A stretch of DNA of 64,000 nt from a virus (taxonomy: Duplodnaviria > Caudoviricetes): positions 1 through 64,000 of IMG/VR virus record IMGVR_UViG_2895847146_000001; one strand, written 5' to 3'. This document shows, piece after piece, positions 59,740 through 64,000 of the stretch. Below the pieces are notes generated by a model, which saw nothing but the letters and a program-made list of their open reading frames with translations, ran no database searches and had not been told where the DNA came from. The position numbers and the translations under genes were made by a program. The stretch's first letter is position 1. Each line of letters starts with the position of its first letter.

Positions 59740-60039
59740 ATGAAGACGCCCCTATTCCACGTCGGTCAGCAAATAGTCTGCACCAACGACGACTTTACCC
59801 TGCTGCTGGTCCAGAACCCGAACATCGAGGCGCCCAAGCGCGGCCCGATCTACACTGTGCGCCAGAACTGCATTTTCCCGCACGCCGTCGGGCTGTTGCT
59901 GGAGGAGATTCGCAATGAGCACGTAGCGCCGGGCTTTCCAGAGGCAAATTTCAACCAAGACCGGTTCGCCCCCGTGCCGCCCGTCGAGGAAATCAGCCTG
60001 GCAGCCGTTTTTGAGGAATCACTTTCTACACCTGCATAA
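59740..60039 (+). CDS. Phage hypothetical protein
   Basis: FHVGQ.IVC..D ...YTVR...LLEEI.N...F...RF.P. Confidence 0.65.
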   Translation: MKTPLFHVGQQIVCTNDDFTLLLVQNPNIEAPKRGPIYTVRQNCIFPHAVGLLLEEIRNEHVAPGFPEANFNQDRFAPVPPVEEISLAAVFEESLSTPA

Positions 60040-60229
60040 GAAATGGAAATCACCCTATTATTCCTCGGCACCAACGACACCCAGCCCTCGCAGGCTTACG
60101 CGCCCTGGGCGGCCAGACTTATGCGACGCCGCACCGGAACACCTCGATTAGCCTACCCCGTAAGCACAAAAACGCGGCGCCGTGCCCAGGCCAGCGCCCG
60201 CCATTTCAAACAATGGATATTGAAAACAC

Positions 60230-60520
60230 ATGGACGCACCCAATAACAAAATAAACAGAGGGCAGCGACTCCGGGAGTTGGGGTTTCGGCCGACGGGCTT
60301 CACAATGTTCGATTCTTGGGGCGAGCCCACCGACTACAATAGTTATTCCTGTTCCGTATGGGAAAACGAGGCTGGCCACAGGGCGACGGCATATGAAGAC
60401 CCTCAGCAAACCGTAGTATTCGACCCACCCCTGACCATCGACCACGGCCTGCACACCCCGAATATTAACAGGCATGCGCTGGCCCTCTTCACAGGGGTGT
60501 TGATTGCCAAGAGCCGCTAA
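60230..60520 (+). CDS. Phage hypothetical protein
   Basis: Last early-operon ORF before the terminator at ~60526-60553. Confidence 0.5.
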   Translation: MDAPNNKINRGQRLRELGFRPTGFTMFDSWGEPTDYNSYSCSVWENEAGHRATAYEDPQQTVVFDPPLTIDHGLHTPNINRHALALFTGVLIAKSR

Positions 60521-60601
60521 AGAGAAAAGCCCGCCTAACCAGCGGGCTTTTTTATTGCGCAAACCAACGTATCTTCCGGGCAAGCTATACCTGTACGCCC
60601 G

Positions 60602-61054
60602 ATGAAATCCCTCTTCTACACCCTCTTGTTGACCGCAGCCCTGGCCGGCTGCAGTAAAGAGTCGAACCCTGGGCCAGCCACCCCTCCACCCCCGCCAGCG
60701 ACTGATAATACAGTCTACCTGCGCGTGACGGCTGACAACGTGCAGCCTGGCCAGAAGGCATTTGTGCAGCAAGTAGGCACGCTGAAGGATGCGGTGACGC
60801 TTACCCTGCCAGCTGGAGCCTCCTCGCCGGCCAAGCAGATAGCCAACGAGAAGTCCGTGTTTGTCAAGGGCCAGCAAGTCCAGTTTGGCGTCTACACCAG
60901 CACGCAGCCGACCAAAGGCACCGGCACCATCCTGGCCGAGCTGGTACGCGGCACTACCGTTCTTTCCAGCGTTACCTGGGACAACGCCAGCCCACCCGCC
61001 TGGGACCAGCCGAGCCAGAGCGCGGTAGTCAATAAGACCATTACCCTGCCCTAA
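60602..61054 (+). CDS. Lipoprotein (moron)
   Basis: LAGC lipobox; flanked by terminators on both sides. Confidence 0.75.
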   Translation: MKSLFYTLLLTAALAGCSKESNPGPATPPPPPATDNTVYLRVTADNVQPGQKAFVQQVGTLKDAVTLTLPAGASSPAKQIANEKSVFVKGQQVQFGVYTSTQPTKGTGTILAELVRGTTVLSSVTWDNASPPAWDQPSQSAVVNKTITLP

Positions 61055-61057
61055 TAC

Positions 61058-61094
61058 AAAAAGCCCCGCCGTACTGCTACGGCGGGGCTTTTTT
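61058..61094. terminator. Bidirectional terminator
   Basis: AAAAAGCCCCGCCGTA-loop-TACGGCGGGGCTTTTTT. Confidence 0.85.
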
Positions 61095-61427
61095 AGCAAA
61101 GCTGCATTTCTTCCACTTGGCTCAGCCAAGGACACTTTGCGTTCCGCTTCACAGCGGGAACCTGCTCCACACATTCCAACAGCAGGTAATTTCACGAGGG
61201 CACTGCTTTCGCATTCAGTTTGCAACCTGATTTTCAGCCCTTGTATTGTAGAGAGGGCGGGATTGGATACCCGCAAGCCACGTTCTGCAAGCCAACTTTC
61301 ATTCCTGGCCTCCCGGCCCTTGCAGAGCACATGCTTGGCCGAAGCCGCACAACAAGGAGGATTTTACATATCCAGGGGCAATTGCCAACCTCTCTATTCT
61401 GTCAGCCGCTCGATTGGCGGCTGTATT
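61095..61427 (-). ncRNA. Putative large structured ncRNA of unknown class
   Basis: Nearly fully paired on the minus strand: long-range helix, multi-way junctions, UUCG and GNRA loops. Confidence 0.65.
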
Positions 61428-61646
61428 CTACTGCATTGCTTCCAAGTCCCGCCGCGCCTTGTTCCACGTCAGTAGGTGCAGCTCGAAGTTGGCCGCGTCC
61501 TGGATGCGTTTTTCGGCCACGGCCTTATCAAACCACTGTTGCTGACGCTGCTGCTCCCGACGGATGTAGTTTAGCGCATCCTGAAACGAGGGCCCGGGCT
61601 GTTTCGGCGTATAGAGCCACGAGAAGAATTTGCAAAGGAAGTCCAC
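61428..61646 (-). CDS. Phage hypothetical protein
   Basis: 72 aa, 2 nt after the upstream stop. Confidence 0.5.
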   Translation of the reverse strand: MDFLCKFFSWLYTPKQPGPSFQDALNYIRREQQRQQQWFDKAVAEKRIQDAANFELHLLTWNKARRDLEAMQ

Positions 61647-61648
61647 GG

Positions 61649-62188
61649 CTACTTTTCGATTTCGATATGAATATCATGCGGGGCTGGCTGGCTGCCGCCG
61701 AAATACAGGGAGTGCGTCAGGCCATAGCGTGGAACGCTAATTGTGTCTACCACGCGTATACAACCTATTAATCCATCGTCTTCAGCGAGAAAGGCATACT
61801 TGGGCAAACTAGATCCAGAAGACCACTGAAAGCACTTCTCAATTGTTAACCGAACCTTCTGCCCGAGCTTTACCTGGGCCACCAGCGGAAACTCCATCTG
61901 CTCGTTCCAGTTGCGTCGGCCGTTGACGTAGCAATACGCCAGCAGGTCGATGCACTGGTCTTGCTCGTTCCAGCGCCACCCAAAGCGAGCGGAATTTTCA
62001 TGCACGGCGAAGAAGCCGAAGCTCAGCCCGAACAGCTTGTTTACGTCCAGGCTGTTATACTGCGGTAGCGTGTAGCGGCAGGACTCCCCGAAGGTGACAT
62101 ACCGCGAAATGCTCTTGCGGCCCAGATGCGGCCACGAAGAGAACAGGCGGTTGTCCTGGTGCTTGCCTTGCTTGATGGTGTGCCGCAT
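61649..62188 (-). CDS. Phage hypothetical protein
   Basis: DVNKLFGLS..H.NSARFGWR...YFGG...APHD. Confidence 0.7.
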   Translation of the reverse strand: MRHTIKQGKHQDNRLFSSWPHLGRKSISRYVTFGESCRYTLPQYNSLDVNKLFGLSFGFFAVHENSARFGWRWNEQDQCIDLLAYCYVNGRRNWNEQMEFPLVAQVKLGQKVRLTIEKCFQWSSGSSLPKYAFLAEDDGLIGCIRVVDTISVPRYGLTHSLYFGGSQPAPHDIHIEIEK

Positions 62189-62403
62189 TACAGCTCGCCC
62201 TGATTACGATGCTCAGCCCGGCGCTCATTGGTAAAAGCGCCATACACAGCAAACAGGAAAGTGGGCAGTGCCACGAAGCCCGAGCCGTAGGATAGCCAGC
62301 CGAAGGTCAGCGGCGTAATCAGGTAGTAGTCGGCCAGCGTGGCAAGGAAGAAGACGGCCAGAACGATACCGGTAGGGAGTGCTTTGGGTGCTTTGATTGC
62401 CAT
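62188..62403 (-). CDS. Small two-TM membrane protein
   Basis: MAIKAPK..., two hydrophobic helices, coupled to the next gene. Confidence 0.6.
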   Translation of the reverse strand: MAIKAPKALPTGIVLAVFFLATLADYYLITPLTFGWLSYGSGFVALPTFLFAVYGAFTNERRAEHRNQGEL

Positions 62404-62428
62404 GTCGTGAGAATAAATGCGTGAAAAA

Positions 62429-62502
62429 TGGCACACCCTCGTTGGTTCGAACAACGCGCCCTCGGATTTGGAGTCCAAGGAGCCTCCACTGGCTCCGGGT
62501 GC
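62429..62502 (-). tRNA. tRNA-Trp(CCA), atypical
   Basis: GCACCCG/AGGGTGT acceptor (one mismatch), loop CTCCAAA, CGTTG-TTCGAAC-CAACG, G73, encoded CCA. Confidence 0.75.
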
Positions 62503-62510
62503 AAGTAAAG

Positions 62511-62582
62511 GGTGTTAGCGGGAGTCGAACCCTGTCCTCCGCATTCACAGTGCGGCGCTCTAACCAATTAAGCTACTAACAC
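62511..62582 (-). tRNA. tRNA-His(GTG), short T-stem
   Basis: GTGTTAG/CTAACAC, CCGCA-CTGTGAA-TGCGG, C73; 3' T-stem strand one nt short, no encoded G-1. Confidence 0.75.
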
Positions 62583-62584
62583 AG

Positions 62585-62658
62585 TCGGGGTGGCAGGACT
62601 CGAACCTGCGGCCTCCTGCTCCCAAAGCAGGCATCATAGCCAACTAGACCACACCCCG
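62585..62658 (-). tRNA. tRNA-Pro(TGG)
   Basis: CGGGGTG/CACCCCG, CCTGC-TTTGGGA-GCAGG, GCAGG-TTCGAGT-CCTGC. Confidence 0.92.
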
Positions 62659-62729
62659 GGTTGGCTTATTTCGCGTGGGAGCCACCCACCAAAGAACGAG
62701 CCGCTTGCCTATACTGCGACGAAGGTGTT

Positions 62730-62807
62730 TGGTTTGACTGGTCGATTTCGATACGACAAATGTTGGCTTATCAAGAGCCAATTGCTTTACCTTTAAGCTA
62801 CAGTCAA
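62730..62807 (-). tRNA. Non-canonical tRNA-like gene (Ile-GAT with 9-nt loop, or TGA anticodon)
   Basis: TTGACTG/CAGTCAA, normal D-arm, TTGGC-TCTTGATAA-GCCAA, T-loop ATCGAAA, A73 and encoded CCA. Confidence 0.65.
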
Positions 62808-62855
62808 ATCTTTACCCTACGCGAAGGACCACGACGTTAAGCGCCTACGGCGGTG

Positions 62856-62927
62856 TAGCGAAACACAGATTCGAACTGCGGACCCCTCGGTTATGAGCCG
62901 AGTACTCTACCCCTGAGCTACTTCGCT
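62856..62927 (-). tRNA. tRNA with CAT anticodon (Met or Ile2)
   Basis: AGCGAAG/TTTCGCT, CTCGG-CTCATAA-CCGAG, CGCAG-TTCGAAT-CTGTG. Confidence 0.9.
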
Positions 62928-62929
62928 AA

Positions 62930-63110
62930 GTGTGCCGGTTTCTCCCGGCTATCCAGGCCGCAAGGTGTCACGTTTTGCTACTTTACAACGCCAAGGGATT
63001 CGACCCTATCGGTTATTCAAAACGCGCTTCATGCGCCCCTCGGTGTGATGCGAAATGGGCCCGTAGCGTACACGGGCGCTGGCTAGATGCGTTTCATGGC
63101 TGGAATGGTT
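62930..63110 (-). ncRNA. Putative structured RNA leading the tRNA cluster
   Basis: Mini-cloverleaf at 62991-63043 and additional hairpins; no convincing ORF. Confidence 0.45.
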
Positions 63111-63147
63111 AGTGACAGTCGATGCTTGGTCGGGGAAAGAAGAGGCC

Positions 63148-63177
63148 CAAATATACCGTTTCTATCTTTAAAGTCAA
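63148..63177 (-). promoter_or_regulatory. Bacteroidota sigma-A-type promoter for the tRNA/ncRNA unit
   Basis: TATATTTG at 63155-63148 (TAnnTTTG) with TTG about 20 nt upstream. Confidence 0.65.
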
Positions 63178-63218
63178 GATTGAAATAACAATTTTTTCTC
63201 GAATATCGAGATAGACTG

Positions 63219-64000
63219 TTACGCGGCGCTTCGATTGAAGGTGTTGTTCTTGTCGAGCGGAATCAGGGGCACGTCCACAATGTGCGGGAAGCCCTTCACG
63301 GCCCTAATCAGCAGGGAGCCAGCGAGTCCGGTAAATCCAAGGTCTTCCGAGTACTGGTTGCCCGTGAAGAAGGCCGGGCTGCGCACCCAGCGTTTGCGGT
63401 TGCCGTCGAGGAATACGCCCCGGGTGTGCTTGTCGGCCGTCAGCAGCAGGGTAAACACGCCCCGCGTCTGGAAATCAGCTATCAGGTCGGTGGCCTTCTT
63501 CTCGTTGCTCACGTCGCCGGTGTAGCCGTGCTTGAGAATATAATTGATGCCGTCGATTTCCCGGGTAACCAGGGCTGGGTTAAACTCAATGTCCAGCAAC
63601 TTGCCATAATTGAGCTTGAGGAAGTAAAATACGGCCTGCGCGACTTGGGCGGCCGTGTCCTCCTTGGCGCTGGAGGTAATGCGGTCATGGTTGCCGCCAA
63701 CGGACAGGATGCCCCGCAGGTTCACGATGCGGTCAATGAAGTACACGAAGAACTCGTAGGCGTGGGCAATGGCGTCTGCTCCGAACAGATCCGCCCCCTT
63801 CCAGCTGTTGGGGTGGTTCAGGCCCGTGAGCGTTTCGATATAGTCCCCCAGACCCAGCAGCCAGACTTGGCCGGCGCCGACGGCGTTTACTTCGGCAATC
63901 AGCTGGTCGGCGTAGTCATACATTTGCTCGCGGTCATAGTCGAACGAGCGAATCATGTTCTTGATTTTGGCACCGGCGTGGGTGTCCGCCAGGGTGAAGG
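63219..64000 (-). CDS. Calcineurin-like metallophosphoesterase (5' end outside window)
   Basis: ADTHAG near the window edge, LGDYIE, GGNHDR, KHG, DKH. Confidence 0.8.
   Translation of the reverse strand, partial: FTLADTHAGAKIKNMIRSFDYDREQMYDYADQLIAEVNAVGAGQVWLLGLGDYIETLTGLNHPNSWKGADLFGADAIAHAYEFFVYFIDRIVNLRGILSVGGNHDRITSSAKEDTAAQVAQAVFYFLKLNYGKLLDIEFNPALVTREIDGINYILKHGYTGDVSNEKKATDLIADFQTRGVFTLLLTADKHTRGVFLDGNRKRWVRSPAFFTGNQYSEDLGFTGLAGSLLIRAVKGFPHIVDVPLIPLDKNNTFNRSAA

Larger units (their letters stand above)
42716..64000. mobile_element. Prophage B (right end outside window)
   Basis: Integrase, CI/Cro, excisionase, ERF, initiator, DnaB, RusA, phage tRNAs. Confidence 0.9.

Noticed and set aside
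61197-61241. Hammerhead ribozyme in the large RNA
   Set aside because: CUGAAAA deviates from the CUGANGA core and the GAAA lies in a hairpin loop, not the junction
60206-61771. ORFs 60206-61330 (-), 61137-61475 (+) and 61220-61771 (+) as genes
   Set aside because: They cross terminators or lie antisense to better genes and have no protein-like motifs

Overview
The window holds two tandem temperate prophages of a high-GC Bacteroidota host (Hymenobacter-like, inferred from TAnnTTnG promoters, a T9SS-sorted cargo protein and the protein families), meeting at a host tRNA-Ser(TGA) at 42586-42670. Prophage A (1 to ~42600, left end outside the window) carries recombination/replication genes with an iteron origin, a siphovirus-like morphogenesis set in an unusual order, a lysis cassette, an integrase and several inserted accessory genes (RelA/SpoT synthetase, PtuAB-like ATPase+HNH pair, T9SS protein, DUF2806 protein, lipoproteins). 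Prophage B (~42716 to beyond 64000) shows integrase, CI/Cro switch, a Tad2-like anti-defence gene, ERF, a second iteron origin, DnaB and RusA, then a convergent minus-strand unit with five partly non-canonical tRNAs and two highly structured putative ncRNAs (~330 nt at 61095-61427; ~180 nt at 62930-63110). These RNAs and an exactly spaced late-promoter motif in prophage A are the most novel-looking signals. All calls come from reading the sequence and recognising motifs; no searches or folding programs were run.
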